DNA of 14,896 nt from Chloroflexota bacterium (GTDB lineage: Bacteria > Chloroflexota > Dehalococcoidia > UBA2979): the NCBI GenBank assembly GCA_027593235.1, contig JAQCIU010000053.1:1-14896 (forward strand), read 5' to 3'. The position numbers and the translations under genes were made by a program. Below the pieces are notes generated by a model. That model worked only from the letters and a program-made list of their open reading frames with translations. It had not been told where the DNA came from and did not search any database. Positions 1 through 7,819 of the stretch are shown in pieces; the stretch's first letter is position 1; each line of letters begins with the position of its first letter.

Positions 1-116
1 CGTTCGGAGTGGGGGTAGCCCGGGGCGTTCGGAGTGGGGAGCCGCGGGGGAGTTCGGAGCGGCGGAGGCGCGGGGCGTTCGGAGCGGCGGAGGCGCGGGG
101 CGTCCGGGGTGGCGGG
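1..116. repeat. 25-bp tandem repeat, 4 copies plus a degenerate partial; probably truncated by the window edge
   Basis: Units at 1-25 cgttcggagtgggggtagcccgggg, 26-50 cgttcggagtggggagccgcggggg, 51-75 agttcggagcggcggaggcgcgggg, 76-100 cgttcggagcggcggaggcgcgggg, then cgtccggggtggcggg. Confidence 0.85.
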
Positions 117-237
117 CACGGGACGGGCCGGGCGGGGGACGGGAACTTTTGGCGGGGGTTGGGCGTCTCATTGCCGACGTGATGGCACGATGCCGCGTCT
201 CGCTGCGCCCCACCGCGCCACATGGGAAGATCAGTGG

Positions 238-1608
238 ATGAGAATTTTCCTCGGTTTGAGCGCCGCTGTCGCGGCCACTCTTTTCGCCGCCTGTAGCTCG
301 GGCTCGGACGGCACGGCGACCAGCACAAGTACGGCGGTAGCCACCTCGACGGTGGCGCCAGTGGGGACGGCGACGGCGGCGCCGGCGGACGGTAGCGCGA
401 CGCCGATCGTCGATACGGCGCGCTCGTTCGCGGCGCTGGTTGATCTGGCGGGCGAGCGGCCGCTCACGCTGGTGGAGGGCCCCGGCACGTGGAACGCGTG
501 GTTCGAGGCGAGTGGCGAGGTGGTGAACGCGCTGATCCTCGGCGAAGGGCAAGCACCTCGGACGGCGCGGATCGGGCTCGATGGCACGGTGATCGCGGAC
601 TCGACGACGGAACTGCAGGTGCGGGTGAACGCGGACGGGCGCGCGCGCGCGTTCGGTGGGTTGATCGAGGCGGGGACGTTCTTCGAGACGATGCTGGAGG
701 TGGACGGCGTGCGCGTGCCGCTGGCCGGCGATATCCCGACGGTTTTGCCAGTGGACTTCTCGCCAGGCGGCGATCTGTTGCTCTCCTACGTGGGGGTGGC
801 GGCCGCGGAGGGCGAAGCAGCGATCCAGTACATGGTCCACGATCTAGACGGCGCGCTGGTGACGACGTTCACCAACCGGCTGTCGACGCAGAGCACGTCG
901 GGAAGCCCGGCGACGTGGTCGCCGTCCGGGACGTTCGTGGCAACGTCGGGCCTTGACGGCGTGATCGCGCACGACGTGCGGAGCGGCGGGGCGTACCAGG
1001 TGCCGCTCAGCGGATCGACGGAGTGGTCGCCGACCGCGGACAAGCTGCTGCTGGTTGATGGGGCGAACACGCTGCGGATTGTTCAGTTCCCGGGCCTGGA
1101 GATGACCTCGATTACGGTGCCGACGGCGAACATCACGGCGAGCTTCGATCCGAGCGGGCGCGTGGTGGCGGTGAGCGACGCGAACCGTGGGGTGACGACG
1201 ATCTTTGACGCGGCCAGCGGCGTGCAGCTCCAGGAGCTGTTCGGGGTCGCGGAGGGGTTTGTGATCCTCGGGTTCGAGCCGGTGGTGATGACCGACGCGG
1301 GGCTCGCGGCGCTGTTGACCGGCGCGCCGACCTGCGGCGGGACGCGGGTGATTCACCCGGCATTGGGCGACGCTGGCGCGTGCCTTGAGGGATCGAGCGC
1401 TCGCTGGTCGCCGAACGCGGGTTCGGTGTCGTACACGCGCGGTTCCGAGGTACTGGTGTACGACGTGGAGTCTCGCGCGGAGCGGGTGGTGGCGAGCGGG
1501 CTACCGACCGACGAGGGCGGGACGCTGGCGCGTTGGAACGCGAGCGGGACGCACCTGTTGCTTGAGTGGCCATGGGGCGGCGGCGGTTGGACGGACTCGC
1601 TCCCTTAG
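238..1608 (+). CDS. Putative lipoprotein with a TolB/WD40-like beta-propeller (456 aa)
   Basis: ATG at 238 gives the signal peptide MRIFLGLSAAVAATLFAA-C with lipobox Cys19, then a Ser/Thr/Ala-rich linker. Recurring blade-like motifs: DFSPGG, TWSPSG, EWSPTA, SFDPSG, RWSPNA, RWNASG. The track's start at 34 runs through the 25-bp repeat and is rejected. Confidence 0.8.
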   Translation: MRIFLGLSAAVAATLFAACSSGSDGTATSTSTAVATSTVAPVGTATAAPADGSATPIVDTARSFAALVDLAGERPLTLVEGPGTWNAWFEASGEVVNALILGEGQAPRTARIGLDGTVIADSTTELQVRVNADGRARAFGGLIEAGTFFETMLEVDGVRVPLAGDIPTVLPVDFSPGGDLLLSYVGVAAAEGEAAIQYMVHDLDGALVTTFTNRLSTQSTSGSPATWSPSGTFVATSGLDGVIAHDVRSGGAYQVPLSGSTEWSPTADKLLLVDGANTLRIVQFPGLEMTSITVPTANITASFDPSGRVVAVSDANRGVTTIFDAASGVQLQELFGVAEGFVILGFEPVVMTDAGLAALLTGAPTCGGTRVIHPALGDAGACLEGSSARWSPNAGSVSYTRGSEVLVYDVESRAERVVASGLPTDEGGTLARWNASGTHLLLEWPWGGGGWTDSLP

Positions 1609-1636
1609 CCGAGCGCCAGGGCCGGGCGACGGGATG

Positions 1637-2600
1637 GCGCGGGGTTGAGCATCGAGCCGGGTACTGAGTCGGGTAGCGGGGCCGAGCGCGGGGTCGGGTG
1701 TCGAATCGGACACCGAGCCGCGCATCGGACCGGCCAGCGAGCCCTGCGCGGAGCGGAACGCGGGGGCCGGCATTAGCTGAGCACTGAGCCGAACCCCGGA
1801 CCGAACCTCGGGCCAAGCGTGGAGTTATGCAGCGGGCCGCCCGCGTGGCCGGGTATCGGTCCGAACCTCGGGTCGAGCGCGGGGTCGAGCATCGAAGCGG
1901 ACGCAGAACCGGGCAGCGAGCCGAGCGCGGGATCGAGCGGCACGCCACGTATCGGGCCGAGCGCGGGTCGGGTGTCGAATCGGGCACCGAGCCAGACGCC
2001 GGACCGAACCTCGGACCGAGCAGCGCGCCAAGCAGCGAGCTGACCACTTGGCGCACTGAATCGAGCACGCGAGCCCGGCACGGGCAGAGCATCGCTCCAG
2101 GAGTTGAGTCATGTGGCTCGACACCCGCGGGCTGGGTGTCGGGCTGGGTAGCGGGTCGAGCACCAAGTCGGGTGTCGATCTGGGCACTCACTCGGGACTC
2201 GAGCGAAGGACAGAGCCGGGCGTCGGGCTGGGTTAGGGCTGGGTTCGGGTTCGGGTATCAGGTATCGAACCGGAACGCCGGGCCGAGTGTCGAGCCGGTA
2301 GCCAGCCGGGCGTCGCGCCATGTTACGAGTCGAGCGCGGGGTTGAGCACCGAGCCGAGCCTCGGTTCGGCGACGGGCCGACCTCGGAGTTGGGTACCGAG
2401 CTGGGCGCGGGTCGGGCGGTGACCCTGCCGGGTCGGGCGGTGGGCGGACGGGTGGCCGGGCCGGCGGCGAGCTGGGCGTCGCGTCGAGCACCGGGTCGAG
2501 CACCGGGTCGAGCATGGACGGGGAGTCGCACCCAGTCGGGCGTTGGGGCGCGCACCGGGCCTCGGGCTGCAGGTCGGGCGACGTGCGGACTTGGGGTCGG
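1637..2600. repeat. Degenerate ~12-bp minisatellite (consensus about GYCGRGYRYCGR) filling a convergent intergenic region
   Basis: In-register units from 1644: gttgagcatcga gccgggtactga gtcgggtagcgg (g) gccgagcgcggg gtcgggtgtcga atcggacaccga gccgcgcatcgg accggccagcga. Perfect gtcgagcaccgg tandem at about 2483-2514. Higher-order copies at 1679-1719 and 1954-1993, and at 1796-1811 and 1999-2014. Confidence 0.75.
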
Positions 2601-2621
2601 GCGGCCTCGCCACGGAACGGC

Positions 2622-3794
2622 TTAGGCGGGCGCGTTCCAGCGCACGAGGCGGGCGGCATCGATGGTGACGCGGACGACGGAGCCGCGTTCGAGGCGGCGG
2701 GTGGCGATCTCCTCAATAGGGAGTGCGGCGGCGATGGTTGCTTCGCCGAGCGCGAGCAGGAGCCGGCCCTGGCCGAGTGCGCCCTGGACCGCGCGCACCT
2801 CGGCGGTGTAGCCCTCGCTGGCGCTGGTGGCACTGGTGGCGTCGAGCAGCCGCACGGCGGAGGGCGGAACGCCGATGAGGCCGCCGCCCGGGGAGTCCCG
2901 CGGGGGGCGCCGGACGGTGTCGGACGGCGGCGTGGTCGCGAGACCGGACGGCTGGGTCGTGGCGTGGGGGGGCGCGACGCTGGGCGGCTGGGTTGTGGCG
3001 AGGCCGGGCGGGAGGGTGGCGGCCTGGACGACGGTGTAGCCGAGGAATTCGGCGACGGCGGGGGAGGCCGGGCGTTCGAAGAGGTCGGCGGTGGGGCCGA
3101 TCTGGGCGACGTCGCCGGCGATGAGGATGGCGGTGCGATCGGCGAGGAGTTGGGCTTCGCTGTGGTCGTGGGTGACGAGGAGGGCGGTGGTGCGCTCCTC
3201 GCGGAGCAGCGCGCGGAGGTCGCCGACCAGTTCGGTGCGGGTTTCGAGGTCGAGCGCGGAGAACGGCTCGTCGAGGAAGATCGCGCGCGGGCGGACGGCG
3301 AAGGCGCGGGCGAGGCTGACACGCCGCGCTTCCCCGCCGGAGAGTGTGTGCGGCATCGCCGTCGCGAGGTGGGCGATTCCGAGGCGTTCGAGCCAGTCGG
3401 CGGTGCGCGGTGCGCGCTCCGCGCGCGGGACACCGTGCAGCGCGAGGGCGGTCTCGAGGTTGCGGCGCACGGTCATGTCGAGCAGCGCCGGTTCCTGGAA
3501 GACGGTTGCCGTCTGGCGGCGCATGCGCACGAGGTGGCGCCGGGTCGCCGCTTCGCCGAAGAGCGAGACGGTGCCCTCCGTGACCGGGAGCAGCAGCGCC
3601 GCAGTGAGCAGAAGCGTCGACTTCCCGGCGCCGTTGGGTCCGAGGACTGCGAGCGTCTCGCCCTCGGTGACGGCGAGCGTGGAGACGCGCAGCACGTCGC
3701 GCTTACCTCGGCGGACACGGACGCCCTCGATGGCGAGTGCGGGCGGTGTGGCGGTCACTGGCGGCGTGGTGATCACTGGCGGCGTGGTGATCAC
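2622..3794 (-). CDS. tupC: Tungstate ABC transporter ATP-binding subunit with a C-terminal TOBE-like domain
   Basis: Walker A GPNGAGKST, signature LSGGE, Walker B IFLDEP, H-loop VTHD. The GTG start overlaps the tupB TGA (GTGA). Equivalent in-frame GTG starts exist at 3776 and 3758. The symbol rests on operon context. Confidence 0.85.
   Translation of the reverse strand: MITTPPVITTPPVTATPPALAIEGVRVRRGKRDVLRVSTLAVTEGETLAVLGPNGAGKSTLLLTAALLLPVTEGTVSLFGEAATRRHLVRMRRQTATVFQEPALLDMTVRRNLETALALHGVPRAERAPRTADWLERLGIAHLATAMPHTLSGGEARRVSLARAFAVRPRAIFLDEPFSALDLETRTELVGDLRALLREERTTALLVTHDHSEAQLLADRTAILIAGDVAQIGPTADLFERPASPAVAEFLGYTVVQAATLPPGLATTQPPSVAPPHATTQPSGLATTPPSDTVRRPPRDSPGGGLIGVPPSAVRLLDATSATSASEGYTAEVRAVQGALGQGRLLLALGEATIAAALPIEEIATRRLERGSVVRVTIDAARLVRWNAPA
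2921..3024 (-). repeat. Degenerate ~24-bp in-frame repeat encoding a Pro/Thr-rich linker in TupC
   Basis: Peptide ATLPPGL-ATTQPPSV-APPH-ATTQPSGL-ATTPPSDT. On the + strand: cggacggcggcgtggtcgcgagac (2921), cggacggctgggtcgtggcgtggg (2945), tgggcggctgggttgtggcgaggc (2981). Confidence 0.65.
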
Positions 3795-3802
3795 TGGCGG
3801 CG
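3755..3802. repeat. 18-bp tandem repeat (2 full copies plus 12 bp) at the tupB/tupC overlap
   Basis: tcactggcggcgtggtga at 3755-3772 and 3773-3790, and tcactggcggcg at 3791-3802. Confidence 0.9.
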
Positions 3803-4489
3803 CGCGCGGTGCTGGACGGTGGTGAGGACGGCGGCGATCGCGGCAATGAAGGCGAGGAGGATGAAGCCGAGCGCGAGCGCGCCGCCGAAGTTGCCACGAC
3901 TGACCTCGAGGACGGCAGCGGTGGTGAGCACGCGCGTCTCGCCGGAGAGGTTGCCGCCGACCATCATCGACGCGCCGACCTCGGAGACGACGGCGCCGAA
4001 GCCGGCCATGACGGCGACGAGCAGCGGCAGGCGGGCCTCGCGGCCGATCAGCCAGAGGTACTGGCTCTGGTCGGCGCCCATGGCGCGCACTTGCAGATGC
4101 AAGGTCGGCGGTAGGGCCATGACGGCGGCGGCGGTGATGGCGACGATGATCGGGGTGGCGATCAGCGCCTGGGCGATCACGATCGCGGCCGGGGTGTAGA
4201 TCAACCCGAGCGCGCCGAGCGGCCCGGAGCGCCAGAGCGTGATTGCGACGAGCAGCCCGGCGACGACCGGCGGTATCCCGGTGCCCGCGTTGGCGAGAGC
4301 GACCAACCCACGCTGGCCGGGGAAGCGGGTCAGCGCGAGCGCGAGCCCCAACGGCAGGCCGATCAGCAGCGCGACCAGCGTGGAAGTACCGGTAATCAGG
4401 GCGGTGCGAAGCGTGATCCCATAGATGTCGTTCTCACCGGTGGTGAGGAGACGCCATGCCTCGCCGAAGCCATCGAGGATCAGGTCCAT
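3791..4489 (-). CDS. tupB: Tungstate ABC transporter permease (232 aa)
   Basis: Multiple hydrophobic segments, PPVVAGL and SEVGASMMVGGNLSGETRVLTTA motifs typical of TupB/ModB-type permeases. Lies between the binding protein and the ATPase. Confidence 0.88.
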   Translation of the reverse strand: MDLILDGFGEAWRLLTTGENDIYGITLRTALITGTSTLVALLIGLPLGLALALTRFPGQRGLVALANAGTGIPPVVAGLLVAITLWRSGPLGALGLIYTPAAIVIAQALIATPIIVAITAAAVMALPPTLHLQVRAMGADQSQYLWLIGREARLPLLVAVMAGFGAVVSEVGASMMVGGNLSGETRVLTTAAVLEVSRGNFGGALALGFILLAFIAAIAAVLTTVQHRARRQ

Positions 4490-4499
4490 CGGACGGACG

Positions 4500-5330
4500 T
4501 TACTCGAGGTACCCGGTGAAGAGGGGCTGGCCGTACTCCTCGACGCCGAAGGCCGAGATCACGGCCTGCGTCTCTGGTTCGAGCAGGAAGGCGCGGAAGG
4601 CGCGCGCGCCAGCGGTGTTGAGGCCATCGTGCTTGTCGGGGTTGACGACGATCACGTGGTAGACGTTGAACAGCGCCGCGTCGCCCTCGACGAGGATCGG
4701 CAGGCCCTCGAGGCCGGCGACGGCAAGCCAGGTGGCGCGGTCGGTGAGGGTGTAAGCGCGGGTCTCGGCGGCGATAGTGAGGGTGGCACCCATGCCCTGG
4801 CCGCTTTCGGCGTACCAGCCCTCGGCCACGGGCACCTCGATGTTGGCGGCGGCCCAGAGGGTGCGTTCCTTGGCGTGGGTACCAGAGTCGTCACCGCGGC
4901 TGACGAACGCGGCGCCGGTCTGCGCAATCGCGGCGAAAGCGGCAGCGGCGGTGGTGCCGGCGATACTGGCGGGGTCCTCGACAGGGCCGACGATCACGAA
5001 GTCGTTGAACATCACGCGCGCCCGCTCGATGCCGAAGCCGGCCGCGACGAACGCTTCCTCGGCGGCGGGCGAGTGCACGAGGAGGACGTCGGCGTCGCCG
5101 CGCTCGCCCATCTCCATTGCGGCGCCGGATCCGACGGCGATGACGGCCACGTTGTAGCCGCTGGCGTCTTCGAACATGGGCACGAGGACGTCGAGCAGGC
5201 CACTGTTCTCGGTACTGGTGGTGGTGGCGAGGATGAGGTCCTTGTCGTCGCTGCAGGCGCCGACGAAGAGACCGGCGAGCGCGAGCAGGGTGGCGAGCCA
5301 GAGGCCTGTCGCGAAGCGTCGATTTCGCAC
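4500..5330 (-). CDS. tupA: Tungstate-binding lipoprotein (276 aa)
   Basis: TupA motifs ATTTSTENSGLL, GSGAA, SRGDDSGT, GQGMG, YTLTDRAT. GTG at 5330 is preceded by AGGA (5337-5340) and gives a signal peptide ending LFVGA-C (Cys26). The track's 5456 start would overlap the divergent regulator. Confidence 0.9.
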   Translation of the reverse strand: MRNRRFATGLWLATLLALAGLFVGACSDDKDLILATTTSTENSGLLDVLVPMFEDASGYNVAVIAVGSGAAMEMGERGDADVLLVHSPAAEEAFVAAGFGIERARVMFNDFVIVGPVEDPASIAGTTAAAAFAAIAQTGAAFVSRGDDSGTHAKERTLWAAANIEVPVAEGWYAESGQGMGATLTIAAETRAYTLTDRATWLAVAGLEGLPILVEGDAALFNVYHVIVVNPDKHDGLNTAGARAFRAFLLEPETQAVISAFGVEEYGQPLFTGYLE

Positions 5331-5358
5331 TGGTTGTCCTGCTCGAATCTCAGCGCAC

Positions 5359-5386
5359 ACCGTCTTGCACATCCGTGCGAGACGAT
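5359..5386. promoter_or_regulatory. Candidate ModE-type operator (11-6-11 imperfect palindrome)
   Basis: ACCGTCTTGCA-catccg-TGCGAGACGAT. The core CGTCTTGCAC/GTGCGAGACG is 9/10 complementary. It lies in the tupA/modE divergent spacer and abuts a TACACT -10-like hexamer (5386-5391, +). Confidence 0.6.
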
Positions 5387-5428
5387 ACACTCGGGTTCGC
5401 TGATGCACAATCAGCCCGGGAGTTGGCG

Positions 5429-5827
5429 ATGAACGAACGACGGAACAACCCGACAACGGACTTCGAGGTCCGCACGAAGGTGTGGATCGAGCGTGGCGGC
5501 GCGGTGGTGATCAGCGACTTCCTGGCGGAGTTGCTGGAGGCGGTGGCGCAGCACGGTTCCGTGGCAGCCGCGGCGGAGGCACTGGGCCTCCCCTACCGCA
5601 CGGCGTGGAAGAAGCTCCGCGAGATGGAGTCGGCGGCAGGCTTCGCGCTGGTTGAATCGACGTCCGGTGGCAGCAGCGGTGGTCAGACGACGCTCTCAGC
5701 CGGTGCGCGTGCCCTGATCGACGCGTTGCATCGGATCAGCGATCCGACGACGACGATCGCGCACGACCAGTTCGACCTGGAATTGAAGCAACTCGGCGAC
5801 GCGAGTCCGCCGCGCCGACGACGCTAG
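5429..5827 (+). CDS. modE: ModE-family transcriptional regulator, winged-helix domain only (132 aa)
   Basis: KVWIE...LLEAVAQHGSVAAAAEALGLPYRTAWKKLREME...LVESTSGGSSGGQTTLS is the ModE N-terminal pattern. ATG 5429 has GGGAG at 5418-5422. No C-terminal TOBE/Mop domains. Confidence 0.82.
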   Translation: MNERRNNPTTDFEVRTKVWIERGGAVVISDFLAELLEAVAQHGSVAAAAEALGLPYRTAWKKLREMESAAGFALVESTSGGSSGGQTTLSAGARALIDALHRISDPTTTIAHDQFDLELKQLGDASPPRRRR

Positions 5828-5845
5828 TCGCCCTCGGTAGCGGCG

Positions 5846-6730
5846 TTAGCCGGCGAGGCGCTGGGAGGCCTCGCCGCCGGCGGGACGCGGCATCAGACGT
5901 GTGCGGCCACCGGACGCCTGGTGGAACCAGCGGATCTGGCGGACCAGCTCCTCCAGCCCACCGATCGAGGCGAGGGCGGCGTAGCGCGGGTGCGTCTGCG
6001 GGAGGTGCTTCGCAACGGGGACCTCGAGCGAGAAGCCCTGGCTGAACCCGAGCAGCGCGGCAACGGACTGCGCTTCACGGATGATGGCGGCGAGCCCGGT
6101 CACCTGCGTGTTCGCGAGCGACGACAGGGTGGCTGGCAACGGCTCGAAGAGGCCCCAGTGGGAGCCGATCTGCGAGGTGACGTGAGCGGCGTCGTCGCCG
6201 AGGGTCTGCCACTCCGCCTCGATCGGGTCGACGCCGCCGTTTACGAGCTTGACGACCTCAGGGTAGCGGTCCGTGTTGCGGGCGATCAGCGAGAGCCGGC
6301 CGACCTGATGGAGGAGACCGGCGGTGAACGCGGCTTCCAGCTCGGCGGCGGGGCGGCGGTCGTTGAGGCAGAAGCACTCGGTCAGCAGTGCGACGGCGAG
6401 TTGCCAGGCCCAATAGTCCTCGAAATGGACATCGGATCGGGGGAGGTTCTCGAACTCCGCGCGTGTGAAGGCGGCGGTGACGATCTGGCGGGCCGCATCG
6501 ACGCCAATGCGTTCGAGGGCGCCAGCGGCAGTGAGGATCGGGCCGGTCGGGGCGGCGTACGAGGAGTTCGCGGCGCGGAGGACGCTGGCCGTGAGGCCCG
6601 GATCGCCCTCGACGATCGAGAGGAAGTCTCGGAGATCGGCGTTCGTGCTCCAGAGCACGGCCATACCGCGCCCTTTGAGGGTCGGCAGGACTGGGAGTTC
6701 GGCCGGAGCAACGCCGGAATGTGTAGCCAT
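5846..6730 (-). CDS. Stand-alone HDOD-domain protein, paralogue 1 (294 aa)
   Basis: LPVLP...IVEGDPGLTASVLRAANSSY...ALERIG...AFTAGLLHQVGRL matches the HDOD pattern. The start is moved to ATG 6730 (MATHSG) by alignment with the paralogue; the track's upstream extension overlaps the paralogue out of frame. Confidence 0.82.
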   Translation of the reverse strand: MATHSGVAPAELPVLPTLKGRGMAVLWSTNADLRDFLSIVEGDPGLTASVLRAANSSYAAPTGPILTAAGALERIGVDAARQIVTAAFTRAEFENLPRSDVHFEDYWAWQLAVALLTECFCLNDRRPAAELEAAFTAGLLHQVGRLSLIARNTDRYPEVVKLVNGGVDPIEAEWQTLGDDAAHVTSQIGSHWGLFEPLPATLSSLANTQVTGLAAIIREAQSVAALLGFSQGFSLEVPVAKHLPQTHPRYAALASIGGLEELVRQIRWFHQASGGRTRLMPRPAGGEASQRLAG

Positions 6731-6735
6731 CGCCC

Positions 6736-6745
6736 GATCATCGGC
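6736..6745 (-). promoter_or_regulatory. Sigma-28-like -10 element GCCGATGA(TC) before HDOD paralogue 1
   Basis: Minus strand GCCGATGATC-gggcg-ATG. Resembles the FliA/SigD -10 consensus GCCGATAA. No Shine-Dalgarno. The -35 is weak. Confidence 0.5.
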
Positions 6746-6824
6746 AGCCGACGGCGCGAGCCGTAAGCGGTTCGTCAGCGAATCCCCTGATTGAGGCCGA
6801 GAAATCGCGCGTAAGAACCGCCGA

Positions 6825-7673
6825 TCAGCGCCGCCCTTCGCGTGGTGCGGTGGCGTGGCGGAACCAGTTGACGCGCTCGCGGACGCCGTCGAGGCCGCCG
6901 AGGGCCTCGATCGTCGGCGCGCGGGAATGATCGGTGGGGAGGCCGGGTTCATCGAGGAGCAGTTCGTTGCCGGAGAAGCCGTCGTCGAAGCCGAGCGATC
7001 GAGCGACGATCGAGGCCTCGTGGACGAGCAGTGCGAGGCGGCTGCGTTGCTCGCCCTCGTGGGTAACGATCGCCTCGAACAGCGGCGACGGGAGCGCCCA
7101 GCTCTGGGCGATCTGGGCGTTGAGCTGGATCGAATCGGCACCGAAGACCTGGCGTTCGGCATCGAGCGGCTGATAGCCGGCGCGGGTGAGTTCGATGACC
7201 TGGCGATAGCGTTCCGGCGACCGCGAGGCGTAGGAGAGGCGTCCGACCTGGTGCAGCAGGCCGGCGGTGAAGGCTGCCTGAAGCTCCTCGGGCGTGCCGC
7301 CGTCGTGGGTCGCGAAGGATTCCGCGAGCAGGCCAACGGCGAGGAGCCAGCGCCAGAACTTCTCTGGGTCGAGGCCGGATTCGTCGAAGCGGTCGAATTC
7401 AGCGCGTGTGAGTACCGCGACGGTGATCCCGCGGGCGGCCTCGAGGCCGATGCGCACGATCGCGTTGCGGGCGGTCGACACCGGTTCGACGGGCGCGGAC
7501 GCGGCTGAGTTGGCGGCGCGCAGAACGCCGGCGGTGAGCCCCGGATCGCCCTCGATGACGGAGAGGAAGTCGCGGAGCTGGGCCTGGGGGTTCCAGAGCA
7601 GCACCATGCCCCGCGCGCGAGGCGTTGGCATGGTGGGGAGGTCCGACGGCGCCATCGATCCGTAAGAGGCCAT
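6825..7673 (-). CDS. Stand-alone HDOD-domain protein, paralogue 2 (282 aa)
   Basis: LPTMP...VIEGDPGLTAGVLRAANSAA...AIVRIG...FWRW...AFTAGLLHQVGRL...WALP. Colinear with the 5846-6730 protein. Confidence 0.85.
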   Translation of the reverse strand: MASYGSMAPSDLPTMPTPRARGMVLLWNPQAQLRDFLSVIEGDPGLTAGVLRAANSAASAPVEPVSTARNAIVRIGLEAARGITVAVLTRAEFDRFDESGLDPEKFWRWLLAVGLLAESFATHDGGTPEELQAAFTAGLLHQVGRLSYASRSPERYRQVIELTRAGYQPLDAERQVFGADSIQLNAQIAQSWALPSPLFEAIVTHEGEQRSRLALLVHEASIVARSLGFDDGFSGNELLLDEPGLPTDHSRAPTIEALGGLDGVRERVNWFRHATAPREGRR

Positions 7674-7677
7674 GCGG

Positions 7678-7687
7678 GATCATCGGC
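7678..7687 (-). promoter_or_regulatory. Sigma-28-like -10 element GCCGATGA(TC) before HDOD paralogue 2
   Basis: Minus strand GCCGATGATC-ccgc-ATG, the same 10-mer as at 6736-6745. Confidence 0.5.
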
Positions 7688-7819
7688 GATCCTGGCGCGC
7701 CGGAGAGTCGATCACGGGAAGATTCGTTAAGCGGACGGGGCGATTCGAGTCAGCGGAACGTCAATATTGGCGCGGCCGAACCGTCTCCACCGGCTTCGGG
7801 TACCGGCTCGGAGCAGCGC

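Noticed and set aside
34-237. N-terminal extension of the lipoprotein ORF
   Set aside because: It translates the 25-bp repeat, and the signal peptide begins at ATG 238.
1133-2625. Track ORFs across the minisatellite (1133-2191, 1827-2345, 2109-2555 and others)
   Set aside because: They are low-complexity R/P/A/S/G translations with no motifs or RBS, as expected in stop-poor GC-rich repeats.
5313-5330. Tat signal in TupA (NRRF)
   Set aside because: It does not fit S/T-R-R-x-F-L-K, and an ordinary lipoprotein signal explains the N-terminus.
6731-7336. 496-aa version of HDOD paralogue 1
   Set aside because: The extension overlaps paralogue 2 in another frame, and homology starts just after ATG 6730.
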